DNA of 64,000 bases from an uncultured bacterium (GTDB lineage Bacteria; Oederibacteriota; Oederibacteriia; Oederibacteriales; Oederibacteriaceae), in assembly GCA_965112635.1 (NCBI GenBank), contig OZ218778.1, forward strand, positions 2,336,001 to 2,400,000. The letters run 5' to 3'. Within the stretch, counting starts at the first letter, position 1; each line of letters opens with the position of its first letter. A program made the position numbers and the translations under genes. A model generated the notes under the pieces. It saw only the letters and a list, made by a program, of their open reading frames with translations, searched no databases and was not told the DNA's origin. Shown in pieces: positions 31,276 to 40,629 of the stretch.

Positions 31276-31902
31276 TTATTTTCCCCCGGCCTGCAGATCT
31301 TGAAGGATCTTTTGGGCCCCCTCATTGAGCGGGTCAATGGCTAAAGCCCGCTGAACAGATTTTAAGGACAGTTCTTTCTTGCCCCTGGCAAAGAATATCA
31401 AGGCTGCCTCTGAATAATATTTCCGGGCCTCCTCATTTCTACCAATATTCTCTAGAAACTCGGCAAATCGCCATATAAACTCTGCCGACTGGGGAGATAG
31501 TTCCAACCCCTCCCTAAAATACTTTTCGGCTTTTTCGTTTTCTTGAGCCTCGATCGCCTCAAGGGCAAGGGCAATTTTTGTAATAGCTTCCTGTCTTTTT
31601 TTCAATTCGCGGTCCGCGCCAGTCAAGTCTAATCGGGAGGCTTTTTTGTAGAGATTACCGGATTTCATTGCGTTTCCTTGTTCTTCATAACCCATAGCTG
31701 CTGCAATAAATTGAACAAAGGCCTCAATAAAAAGACCCCTTTTTGCGTACATTTCACCCAAAGCATTGATGGCATTATAATCATGGGGATCCAGTTTAAC
31801 TATTTTTTCATAGGCCTCCATGGCTTTGACCCATTTACCCTCTTGACTGTAAAGAAAGGCACTTTTTACCAAGTCTCTTTTATCTTCTTGAAAATCCAGC
31901 AT
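31276..31902 (-). CDS. TPR protein, paralogous to the N-terminus of the 9873-11939 TPR protein
   Basis: TPR patterns; colinear similarity EDKRDLVKSAFLYSQEGKW.KA vs EDKKTIVKMAFVYFQEGRWDKA. Confidence 0.82.
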   Translation of the reverse strand: MLDFQEDKRDLVKSAFLYSQEGKWVKAMEAYEKIVKLDPHDYNAINALGEMYAKRGLFIEAFVQFIAAAMGYEEQGNAMKSGNLYKKASRLDLTGADRELKKRQEAITKIALALEAIEAQENEKAEKYFREGLELSPQSAEFIWRFAEFLENIGRNEEARKYYSEAALIFFARGKKELSLKSVQRALAIDPLNEGAQKILQDLQAGGK

Positions 31903-31997
31903 TATTTTCCCTTGTAAAATAAGAATGACTGCAATTGCTGTTTCTCCGCAAATATTATACTCTATATCAATATTTTAAGGAAAAGGTGATTAGCGTT

Positions 31998-32858
31998 ATG
32001 AATAAAATGGGGGCTGTTCTTCTTTTAAGTCTAACTGTAATTCTTGCCTTGAATTTGTTTATCATAGGTTGGCTTCTTGAGGAAACCTATGCTTCCCTGT
32101 TGCAAACCGACGACTTCCGATCGCAAATATTGCTAAATGATATGGTTCAAAAGGGTTGTCAGGCGTTCATACAGAAAGACGATTTGCTTCTGGTAGACAC
32201 TGTCAAATCGCTAACGAAAAACAACTTTGTTTTTGAAGCATTTTTTCTAAACACCAGCGGCCAGGTACTGGCCCATACGGACAAAAACAAGATAGGCAAA
32301 CAGCAAAACGGCGTCTTCACCACCAAAGCCTTGCAAGAGAAAAAAGGTTTTGTTATTCCCTATGTTAATAATAAAGAACATTTCCTCGACCTTGCCGCGC
32401 CTATATGGGTAAAGGATAGATTTTGCGGTTTGGCACGATTGAGCATTAGGACTGAAAATACCTACCAAAAGGTATTCTTCTACAAAGTTGTTTTTTTTCT
32501 GTGTATTATTTTGGCAGCACTTTTTCTTTTTCTATCGGCAAAAAAGGTGGGTTTCAATTTTCATGAAACAGTTAGTGGCAGCTCTTTCATTTTGGTCAAT
32601 AACGAAAACAGGATTGTGGCAATCTATTCTCAGGCTTTTCAAGACCACAATCTCGTCGGTCAGCACATTCTTGATGTAATCAAGGAGAGCGAATTTTCCG
32701 CTATACTCCAGCAATCCCTGAACGCAAAAAACAAGTGGATCAGACAACAAATTTCCATACAAAGCTTGAATAAGAATCCTCTTTGTGTCGAGATTTATTC
32801 CACATCTTTTGATGAGGCACAAAAAACAGCCATTTTAATCCATATCAGGGAATCCTAA
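31998..32858 (+). CDS. membrane sensor-like protein (TM, Cache-like domain, TM, short PAS-like domain)
   Basis: Two TM helices flank FLNTSGQVLAHTD..KIG and LDLAAPI..G.ARL; no kinase or cyclase output; start ATG 31998 behind AAGGTGAT. Confidence 0.65.
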   Translation: MNKMGAVLLLSLTVILALNLFIIGWLLEETYASLLQTDDFRSQILLNDMVQKGCQAFIQKDDLLLVDTVKSLTKNNFVFEAFFLNTSGQVLAHTDKNKIGKQQNGVFTTKALQEKKGFVIPYVNNKEHFLDLAAPIWVKDRFCGLARLSIRTENTYQKVFFYKVVFFLCIILAALFLFLSAKKVGFNFHETVSGSSFILVNNENRIVAIYSQAFQDHNLVGQHILDVIKESEFSAILQQSLNAKNKWIRQQISIQSLNKNPLCVEIYSTSFDEAQKTAILIHIRES

Positions 32859-32909
32859 GAAAGAACCCCAGATAAAACCTAGATGTTCCCTAATATCTTT
32901 TGCGGAAAC

Positions 32910-32937
32910 TTGACACAATCAAAAAATGATAGATAAT
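32910..32937 (+). promoter_or_regulatory. sigma70-type promoter candidate for the TolB-like gene
   Basis: TTGACA-N16-GATAAT. Confidence 0.45.
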
Positions 32938-32978
32938 CAATGAAAACGAACTTGCGAGAAAGCGAAAGGAGCGTGACA

Positions 32979-34175
32979 ATGTCGAGGGTTTTTGTGTTTT
33001 GCCATAGATTTCCGGCCTTACTGATGGTCGTTCTATTGGTATCACTACTCGGATTGTCTTGTAAAAAGAAACAAGAACAAACAGTTGCTATTTCAACAAC
33101 TCCAGTCATAGTACAAAAGGCTGTTAAAATACCCGGCGACATCGTCTATGTTTCCAAACAAAACAACTCCTTTTTTTTACGAAGCTATAATTATGCAACA
33201 AAATCTTCTGAGAACTTGTTGAGCTGGAATGGCGAAATTAAGATGCCGGCTTGGTCCCCTGATGGAAATAGGCTAGTTTTCTTTGGTCAAGACAAAGGAA
33301 AATGGCATCTTTATATCATGGATAAGGTCCAGAAAAAACCTATTCCCTTAACTTTGGAAGAAGATCTTTCGCCAAAAGCCCCCCCTCAATGGTCCGCAGA
33401 CAGTAACCAAATAGCCTTCCTATATCAAGGGATTTGGTTAATTAATCACGATGGGACCAACCCCCGAACTTTAATCGCCGATGAATCGGTCAAGGAATTG
33501 GCCTGGTCCTTTGATGGCTCAAAAATAGCTTTTACCCGCCTTAACGATCATGAAACAAATATCTGGACCATACAACCTGACGGCACGAATTTAATCAAAA
33601 TTACTAACAACAATGAATGCCGCAATCCCTCCTGGTCTCCTGATAGCCAAAAATTGGCTTTTACCCTTATCAACAAACAAGCAAAAAATATCTGGGTCAT
33701 AGGAGGAAATGGGAGCGACTTGCATCCTTTAACTTATAATAACCAAAGTTATGCGCCGGCCTGGTCCCCTGATGGCAGCAAAATTACCTATCTCTATGGT
33801 GTTTTCACGACCCCCAGCCTTTGGGTGATGAGCGTCGATGGAACCGGCGCCACACCCCTATCTGACTCGTTGGCGCTGCATATTCCTGAGCCTTTGGCAT
33901 GGTCCCCTTCATGGGCTTGCGATGGCAGCCAAATTGTATTTGTAATGGGGTCCTTGGCTACTCCTAACATTTTCACCATTGATGCTGCGGGAAGGCAACC
34001 AAAACAGATCAGCCAGGATTATGGGATGGATCCCACGTGGTCTTTTGTATTAAGTAACGAAACCGCGGGAAAAATTTCCAATATCCCTGTCACAGCTCTA
34101 CCCCAGACAGTTATAACGCCAACCAAAACGGTGATGCCAAAACTAACGCCTAAAAAAGAATCCCAAAAAAAATAG
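32979..34175 (+). CDS. TolB-like (PD40 beta-propeller) lipoprotein
   Basis: Lipobox LGLSC; repeated PAWSPDG/PSWSPDS motifs; Pro/Thr/Lys tail; start ATG 32979 behind AAAGGAG. Confidence 0.87.
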   Translation: MSRVFVFCHRFPALLMVVLLVSLLGLSCKKKQEQTVAISTTPVIVQKAVKIPGDIVYVSKQNNSFFLRSYNYATKSSENLLSWNGEIKMPAWSPDGNRLVFFGQDKGKWHLYIMDKVQKKPIPLTLEEDLSPKAPPQWSADSNQIAFLYQGIWLINHDGTNPRTLIADESVKELAWSFDGSKIAFTRLNDHETNIWTIQPDGTNLIKITNNNECRNPSWSPDSQKLAFTLINKQAKNIWVIGGNGSDLHPLTYNNQSYAPAWSPDGSKITYLYGVFTTPSLWVMSVDGTGATPLSDSLALHIPEPLAWSPSWACDGSQIVFVMGSLATPNIFTIDAAGRQPKQISQDYGMDPTWSFVLSNETAGKISNIPVTALPQTVITPTKTVMPKLTPKKESQKK

Positions 34176-34211
34176 GCGCTTTTTACTTATGAATGAGGGA
34201 TTTGGTTAATC

Positions 34212-34400
34212 TCAATTAGTGTTTCCTGGGTGGTTTTGGCGGGCCTTTTTCCAACCTTCATAATGCTTGCTTAACCAGTCAAAAGCCGCTGCATTGCCGC
34301 CCATATTTCTACCTATCTTTTCGCTTTCATACCATTTGTGTTTCTCAATCTCGCTTATAATTTCCTGAATATATTTTTTGAATTTTTCATCCGAATTCAC
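34212..34400 (-). CDS. small DUF4032-like protein
   Basis: HKWYESEKIG.NMG..AAAFDWL motif; GTG start with GAGGAGG RBS. Confidence 0.7.
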   Translation of the reverse strand: MNSDEKFKKYIQEIISEIEKHKWYESEKIGRNMGGNAAAFDWLSKHYEGWKKARQNHPGNTN

Positions 34401-34427
34401 AATTCCGCCCTCCTCAAAATCATATAA

Positions 34428-35231
34428 CTATTCTATCAAAACCCTTTTAATCCTGCATGACATATTGCCCAGTATCTTCTTGGTTAGACGTGAAAAGGGT
34501 TGGGGAACATCGGTTACATAAATTTCACAAAATCTTCGGCGGGAAGAATGCGTGGCATTTTTTGGCCAAGCCTCCAAAATTCTATCAACCTGGGCAGCGA
34601 TTTCCTCGGCCGAATCAACCAGTGTCACGCGGGGCCCCATTACTTTTTTGATGGCATTTTTTAAGAGTGGATAATGGGTGCAGCCTAGGATCAGCGTATC
34701 GATCTTCTTGTTTTTCAAGGGACGAAGATAAGTGTCGGCGATATTTTCCGCGACTTTTGATCCTGCCCATCCTTCTTCAACCAATGGAACAAAAAGCGGG
34801 CAGGCTTTACTATAAACCCTTAAGTTCGGGGCATATTTTTTGATGCTTTTTTCATAAGCTCGGCTGCGAATAGTCGAGTGAGTCCCTATAACACCTACCC
34901 GACCATTTTTAGTTGCCCTGATAGCTCTTAGGGTCCCTGGTTCTATCACCCCCAAAAGAGGTAAAGAATACTTTTTCGCCAGCCCTTCAAGACAAAGCGC
35001 CGATGCGGTATTGCAAGCCACTACAATGATCTTCACTTTCCTTTTTAAAAGAAAATCGATATTCTTTAGGGAAAGGCTCCATATGGTATCTTTGGACTTT
35101 GATCCATAAGGCAAATGCGCCGTATCACCCAAATAAACGATCGATTCACCCTGAATCACCCTTTTTATGGTCTTTAAAACAGTCAACCCACCAAGCCCTG
35201 AATCAAATATCCCGATAGGACCCCTCATCAT
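34428..35231 (-). CDS. murI: glutamate racemase
   Basis: IGIFDSGLGGLTV, PYGSKS, VACNTAS, LGCTHYP. Confidence 0.97.
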   Translation of the reverse strand: MMRGPIGIFDSGLGGLTVLKTIKRVIQGESIVYLGDTAHLPYGSKSKDTIWSLSLKNIDFLLKRKVKIIVVACNTASALCLEGLAKKYSLPLLGVIEPGTLRAIRATKNGRVGVIGTHSTIRSRAYEKSIKKYAPNLRVYSKACPLFVPLVEEGWAGSKVAENIADTYLRPLKNKKIDTLILGCTHYPLLKNAIKKVMGPRVTLVDSAEEIAAQVDRILEAWPKNATHSSRRRFCEIYVTDVPQPFSRLTKKILGNMSCRIKRVLIE

Positions 35232-35264
35232 TTCACCTCAACATTAACGAATGCTCAGAATGAT

Positions 35265-35849
35265 CTATCTAATCACCGTTTCATCTAAAGTAAAAGCCTT
35301 TGCGGCATTTAGATGTCCGAACAAATCCTCGTCTCGTTGACCTTCAACAAGTAATTGGATTGCTTTTATATCTCTGAAATTTTTCTTCACCGTCCCAGCA
35401 ATGGCGTTCTCAAACAAATATTCGCTATAAAAACTACTGGCCGATTCACCCTTAAACTCCCTGCTGAAATTCAAATAGAGATTTGATTTCTCATCAATAA
35501 AAAGGTCTAACAACTTTGTGTCAGCAGGAATCACCCTATATTTTCTCCTATCTTCAGGTCCTGCAATGAGGGCTTCTATGGTTTTCTTGATCTTTTCACT
35601 GAAAGACTGGTCAATTAAACTAATCATCCTGTTTTCAGGTTCCAATGAAACCCCATTTTCTGCGATAAAATAAAGGCTTACTGGCAACGATTGTTCTTTT
35701 GAGGATAAAGGCAGTCCAGGTGTTGTAGAGGGCAGATAGTTTATATCTATCCAAGTCCAAACCAACCAAAGGATGGCAAAAACCCCGCTCACGATAAGAA
35801 TAACCCTGAACAAAGGTACGGTCTTCTTCTTAATTCTGATATTTTTCAC
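35265..35849 (-). CDS. GerMN-domain membrane-anchored protein
   Basis: N-terminal TM helix; LYF..E..LEPE.R, ALIAGP, IPADTKLL, LNFS, LLVEG, GHL; amidase-GerMN-murI context. Confidence 0.85.
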   Translation of the reverse strand: MKNIRIKKKTVPLFRVILIVSGVFAILWLVWTWIDINYLPSTTPGLPLSSKEQSLPVSLYFIAENGVSLEPENRMISLIDQSFSEKIKKTIEALIAGPEDRRKYRVIPADTKLLDLFIDEKSNLYLNFSREFKGESASSFYSEYLFENAIAGTVKKNFRDIKAIQLLVEGQRDEDLFGHLNAAKAFTLDETVIR

Positions 35850-35854
35850 CTTGA

Positions 35855-36571
35855 TTACCTTTTAATATAGAATTCTTCAATAGCAAGCGCAATACTTCTC
35901 CCCAACTCCTGCTTGTAAGCTTCATCATTAAGTAGGGCAGCTTGTTTCTGGTTCGTTAAATTTCCTATTTCTAATACTACCGCAGGCATCGACAAACCGT
36001 CTAGAAGCACGGAGGACGACTGTTTTGCACCCAAAAAAGGACAAGGGGCGTCTTGAGGCTGTATTTTTTGGAAAAGCATAGACAACCCATCCTGGAATAT
36101 CTTCGAAAATCTTATACACGCCTCCATATTTTCTGGATTTGGGTTTTCCCAAAGGCTGAAATTGGGCACGCTTGCATTAGTTCGGCCGATTGGATTGATT
36201 ACAGAAACACGTGGAAGAAAGATCTCAAAACCATTTGAAGATGGCGATAATAATTCCCCGCAATGGATAGAAATAAAAAGGTTAGCCTTCAGCCGGTTGG
36301 CCAGAACTGCACGAGAGGTATTAGATAAAGCGCTATCGTCTGAACGAGTCAAAAAAACAGTAATTTCTGGACGGACCGCAAGATTTTTTTTTACGATCTC
36401 CGCCAGGTCTAAATCAACATCCTTTTCTTTCAAAAGGTTTGTCGCCGTAATACCGGCATCACTTCCCCCATGGCCTGGATCGACTACAACAATATAGGAA
36501 GTACTCAACGCCGTCTGTGCATTAATAGGGAGGGCGCTAAACAATAAATAAATTAGAAATAAAATAAAAAT
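35855..36571 (-). CDS. N-acetylmuramoyl-L-alanine amidase (Amidase_3)
   Basis: DPGHGG, EKD, LTRSDD, R...AN, FISIH, VLEIG. Start uncertain: TTG 36544, or ATT 36571 which restores the signal peptide. Confidence 0.85.
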   Translation of the reverse strand: MFILFLIYLLFSALPINAQTALSTSYIVVVDPGHGGSDAGITATNLLKEKDVDLDLAEIVKKNLAVRPEITVFLTRSDDSALSNTSRAVLANRLKANLFISIHCGELLSPSSNGFEIFLPRVSVINPIGRTNASVPNFSLWENPNPENMEACIRFSKIFQDGLSMLFQKIQPQDAPCPFLGAKQSSSVLLDGLSMPAVVLEIGNLTNQKQAALLNDEAYKQELGRSIALAIEEFYIKR

Positions 36572-36582
36572 TTAAACCACCT

Positions 36583-37566
36583 CTAAAGAGGGTTAATAGT
36601 AACGTTGGCTAAAGAGGTAAGATTGGTATACCAGCGGTCATATCCCTGCTCTTTTTTCATGTTTAAGATTTCCTGTTTGCCGAATTGCTTCATCTCATCA
36701 AAAGTAATCGTTCGAGGTGGTTTTTTCCCCAAAACTTGGATGATCTCAAAACCATATTGCGTTTTTATTGGGGTGCTGATTTGGTTGATTTTCAAATTGC
36801 CAATGACTTTTTGTATATCCGGAGGCAACCGATTAAGGGCCACATAGCCGACAACCCCTTTTTTGGCTTTACTAATTTGGTCATTGGAGTTTGCCTGAAT
36901 TACATCGTCAAAATCTCCCGGATGACTGGCTAATCGCTTACCTAATTGCTGAGCTAGCGCTTCATCTTTAATGGACACATGCTTAATGTTGAACTGAACG
37001 GGAATGCTGAACTGCCGCTTGTTGGCTGTATAATACTCCCTCAGTTCTTTGGCTGTTACGCTCAAATTCCGGCCAAAGGGCTCTTTGAGCTTCTCTTCGA
37101 GCACGTTCCAGTAAAGAGTATCTTTATAATCGTTCAAGGTTAATGCGTGATTCTTGAGGTCATTTAGAAAAGCTTGATAATTTGGATATCGCTGGCTCAT
37201 TTGGGAGATTTGCTGGTCAATCTCCTGTGGTAAAACTTCTATCCCCTGCGCCTTAGCACCCTGCCTTATAATATTCCTCTTGATCAACATGCTTAACACC
37301 AGATTCCTGAAGTTCATCATTTCTTCTTTTCCCTGGGGTCCCGGCAGCTTCTTGCCGGCGCTTCCGGTCCTCGTCTGGTTAAGATAAAAATCTAGGTTCT
37401 TTTTGAACTGGTAATAGGATATTTTTTCTCCGTTCACATAAGCGACAGCTCTGCTCAGCCAAAGGGAGTATAAGACGATGGCCACTAGCAGGATCAGGGC
37501 CCCCCAAACAACAGATTGAACAACGAGCCTTCTTTTCTTTGTAAAAAGCTCTGACAATTTGGTCAT
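36583..37566 (-). CDS. SurA/PrsA-like parvulin peptidyl-prolyl isomerase foldase
   Basis: N-terminal TM helix, AYVNGEKI, SurA-N-like helices, parvulin segment (IKHV, S.D..SK.K.G.VG, S.PIKTQYGFEII). Confidence 0.85.
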   Translation of the reverse strand: MTKLSELFTKKRRLVVQSVVWGALILLVAIVLYSLWLSRAVAYVNGEKISYYQFKKNLDFYLNQTRTGSAGKKLPGPQGKEEMMNFRNLVLSMLIKRNIIRQGAKAQGIEVLPQEIDQQISQMSQRYPNYQAFLNDLKNHALTLNDYKDTLYWNVLEEKLKEPFGRNLSVTAKELREYYTANKRQFSIPVQFNIKHVSIKDEALAQQLGKRLASHPGDFDDVIQANSNDQISKAKKGVVGYVALNRLPPDIQKVIGNLKINQISTPIKTQYGFEIIQVLGKKPPRTITFDEMKQFGKQEILNMKKEQGYDRWYTNLTSLANVTINPL

Positions 37567-37661
37567 AAATCATTCCTCTCCCGGAAAAAATCCAGCCATT
37601 TTTAGCTGGTAGGACTTTACTAAATTAGGACTATAAAAACATAAAAACCATCAAAGGTCAA

Positions 37662-38975
37662 TCATGGCTCTAGCTTAGTCGTTACTTCGTTTGACACTAC
37701 TGAACATTCCTTCCCTTTGGACTTATAAATAGCCGTGGCATGCCCTGCTTCCTCTCCCTCCCCATTATTTTTCCTGCCAGCAATGTAATATATTTCTCCT
37801 CTAGAATTCCGTGAAACAGGGCCCTTGATAAGGAATCGGATCTCATTCTTTTCAGAATTATATTTTCCTCCCTTGGAAATTCCCTTCAACTCCAAAAAGG
37901 AAGGTAAAATATCAGTTAAAACCAATCCTTCTTTTAATAATGAGTTCGCTTTCCACTTTATCTGATAGGTCAAGGACATTTCATTATTGTCCTCGTAAGA
38001 TACAGCCAGAGACTTGGTTAATTCCACATCGGCTGATGGAGTGGTTGTAGCAACTGCCTCCTGTACCCCTGGCTTAAAAGAGTAAACCTCTACGGTTGTA
38101 GGGGTATTCATGGCCGGTAAAGGTGACGGGCTGGGTTTAGGAGTAAAAATAAAAACCTGCGTGGCTTTTGGTGTTGGTGGAAGCGGAATCTCTGTCAACG
38201 ATGGCGAGGGAATAACTTCTGTGAAAACAACAATCCGGGTCGGGATTTCCGTCGGCGTAGCGGCCATGGTCGGGCTGAAGGGAGGCGTTTCCGTTGCTGT
38301 CAACACAGTTGTATAAGACGGAATAGGGGTTTGGGTGAAAGTTACAGTGTCTGGCGGCGTGGCTGTCGGAGTTGGAAAATCCAACCGGAACTTTCGACGG
38401 TAATAGTTGTTGCTATTGTCATATCCATTGTCAGACTTGCCGTCTGGAAAAAAGTTTAGAGCATTGATGGTTAATCCAGTGTCTGGATTTTGTGGCAAGG
38501 GGAACTTCACATGCTCTACGATATTTACGGGAGCATCCCAGCTACTATCATCAAAATCATATTTAGCCCAGTCCGGAGCTGGAGCATTTAGATCCTGGCC
38601 AGGAGGAATTGCTCCTCTTGGGTCACCTGGTCCATAGCGTAACGATTTCCAACCAGCATCTTCATCATCGCTGGCCTTATAGATCGTCCTTCCAGAGTCC
38701 GTGTGTATAATGAGAAGAAAACCTATTCCTTGAGGTCCTCCATAATTATAATCCTGCGCTGCCAAAATATTTTCCGTCTTAAACAGGCTTGGGGCTACTG
38801 CAGTTTTTGACAGAACCTGTATACCGCAATAAGTAATCGTTTTTCCATTGAGGTAGATTATTCCCGTATCATCCGCCGCAGCATCTATTTCTGCGCTAAC
38901 TATCTTCTCAGCAGAGCTAATTCTGAAAAATAAAAAGAATAAAACCGTCGATAAAATTACATATTTTTTCATCAT
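37662..38975 (-). CDS. exported lectin-like / Pro-Thr linker / DUF11-like protein (paralog 1)
   Basis: Signal peptide; AADD..IYLNG, FDDSSW, YYRRKF; PT-rich linker; C-terminal LTK..TDILP..SNEVTTKLEP. Confidence 0.75.
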   Translation of the reverse strand: MMKKYVILSTVLFFLFFRISSAEKIVSAEIDAAADDTGIIYLNGKTITYCGIQVLSKTAVAPSLFKTENILAAQDYNYGGPQGIGFLLIIHTDSGRTIYKASDDEDAGWKSLRYGPGDPRGAIPPGQDLNAPAPDWAKYDFDDSSWDAPVNIVEHVKFPLPQNPDTGLTINALNFFPDGKSDNGYDNSNNYYRRKFRLDFPTPTATPPDTVTFTQTPIPSYTTVLTATETPPFSPTMAATPTEIPTRIVVFTEVIPSPSLTEIPLPPTPKATQVFIFTPKPSPSPLPAMNTPTTVEVYSFKPGVQEAVATTTPSADVELTKSLAVSYEDNNEMSLTYQIKWKANSLLKEGLVLTDILPSFLELKGISKGGKYNSEKNEIRFLIKGPVSRNSRGEIYYIAGRKNNGEGEEAGHATAIYKSKGKECSVVSNEVTTKLEP

Positions 38976-38982
38976 ATCAAAC

Positions 38983-40536
38983 CTACTTGTTTTGCTCAGT
39001 TGGTTCGATCTTAGTGATAACCTCGTTAGAGCTCACTGAGTAAAGGATATTATGATAAACATAAATGCCTGTGGCTTTACTCCGGAATATATCTTTGCCC
39101 GGGGGCATTGTTTGATCAAGTCCTCTTTTCATAACATAGAAAAGTTCTCCCGACATACCTTTGACAACAGGCTCCCTGAGGATAAACACGATCTCTCGGC
39201 GTACTGGATCGTATTCGCCACCTTCAGTGAATCCTCTTAACTCGAGGAATTCAGGCAACTTATCAACGATTTTAAATCCATTTTTCAGGTCTATAGGGCT
39301 GAACCAGCTTATTTTATAGGTATACCTTTGCTCATTCTTATCAGTGTATACAAGAGCCAGGGTTTTAACCAAAAACAGCTGGACAGGGGTCACCGTCAAG
39401 GTCATTTCCGGGGTACCGCGTCGCATGACCCGGATGAACTCCTGAGTAGGGACACGCACTGGGGTCGGAGGTAAAGTCGGCTGGGGGACTGCCGTGAACG
39501 CTTTAGCAGGTATTGGAGCTTGGGTATAGGTGGATGTTGGCGGCATAGGCGTAAAGGTTCGAGTAGCTGGTACCGTATTGGTCGGAACAGGCGTAAAGGC
39601 CTGGGTAAAGGTATTGGTGGGCGGCACGGTATTGGTCGGCACCGGAGTGAACCCGGGCACCGTGGGCCTCGGAGTAGCCGTAGGCAGCGGCGTGCTGGTA
39701 TTCACCGCCGTCGCCGAGAACGTAAAGGTCAATGGAGGCACTTTCGTCGCCGTCGAGGTCGGTATCGGCACCGGCGTCTCCGTCTGCGTGTAAGTGGCCG
39801 TGTCCGTAGGCCATAGGTTGAAATGCCTGCGGTAATAGTCTATGTCGTTGCCGCTGGTCTGCGAGATCGTGTGCTCGTAACTTGACAGCACTCCTATCCC
39901 CATCCCCGACTCGGGGTTTATCACCGCCGTCATATAATTGGGAGCATCGTAAATGGTGCTGTTCCACTCGGAATCGTTAAATCCATAGTTCAACCAACCC
40001 TTGGGCCCCAGTTCCGCGTAGTCCCGGTAGGGAAACTCCCTCCCGGCCGCCACATCCGCTTTGGTCAGGTATCCGGTGGACTGGTCATTGCCTTTGGAGA
40101 TCATCAGAAGAATGTCATCCGGGTTGTGCAGCATTTTCGTGTCTTCAACGGATTCCTGGCTGGATTCCAAATACCATTCTTTCCCGTTGTCCAGCTTGAC
40201 GTGAAGGAGGTAAAAAATGCTCATGGATTGAGGCTCGCGGTTGTAATTCTTCATGCAGAGCACGTCGCTGGCATTCAATATATCCGGCGGAATGGACCTG
40301 GCCGTGCAGGTCAACGGATACATCGGCGGATAATGCGGATAAACACGGTATTTGTCGTTAGCGGTCATCGTCACGTCCAACCAGACCGGGTAGCCGTTGA
40401 CCCAGGCGTCCCCGGCGTCGTCGAACTGACAAAGAATGTCCGCTTCCACCGCTTTGGTGGCGAAATTTTTTGGAACAAAGCTAACAGCAAAAAGAATAAA
40501 AAAAAATAAAACAGCAATTATTGATTTAACTCTCAC
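38983..40536 (-). CDS. exported lectin-like / Pro-Thr linker / DUF11-like protein (paralog 2)
   Basis: Probable GTG start at 40536; FDD..AWVNG, FNDSEW, YYRRHF; long PT linker; LVKTLAL..VDKLP..VSSNEVITKIEP. Confidence 0.75.
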   Translation of the reverse strand: MRVKSIIAVLFFFILFAVSFVPKNFATKAVEADILCQFDDAGDAWVNGYPVWLDVTMTANDKYRVYPHYPPMYPLTCTARSIPPDILNASDVLCMKNYNREPQSMSIFYLLHVKLDNGKEWYLESSQESVEDTKMLHNPDDILLMISKGNDQSTGYLTKADVAAGREFPYRDYAELGPKGWLNYGFNDSEWNSTIYDAPNYMTAVINPESGMGIGVLSSYEHTISQTSGNDIDYYRRHFNLWPTDTATYTQTETPVPIPTSTATKVPPLTFTFSATAVNTSTPLPTATPRPTVPGFTPVPTNTVPPTNTFTQAFTPVPTNTVPATRTFTPMPPTSTYTQAPIPAKAFTAVPQPTLPPTPVRVPTQEFIRVMRRGTPEMTLTVTPVQLFLVKTLALVYTDKNEQRYTYKISWFSPIDLKNGFKIVDKLPEFLELRGFTEGGEYDPVRREIVFILREPVVKGMSGELFYVMKRGLDQTMPPGKDIFRSKATGIYVYHNILYSVSSNEVITKIEPTEQNK

Positions 40537-40629
40537 TGTGACTGCTCCAGAAGTAATCCTTATGTGCTGCCATGAAGGGTAAAAATAATGATCACCCACG
40601 AATTGACCGCGTAAAATCTCGAATTGGTC

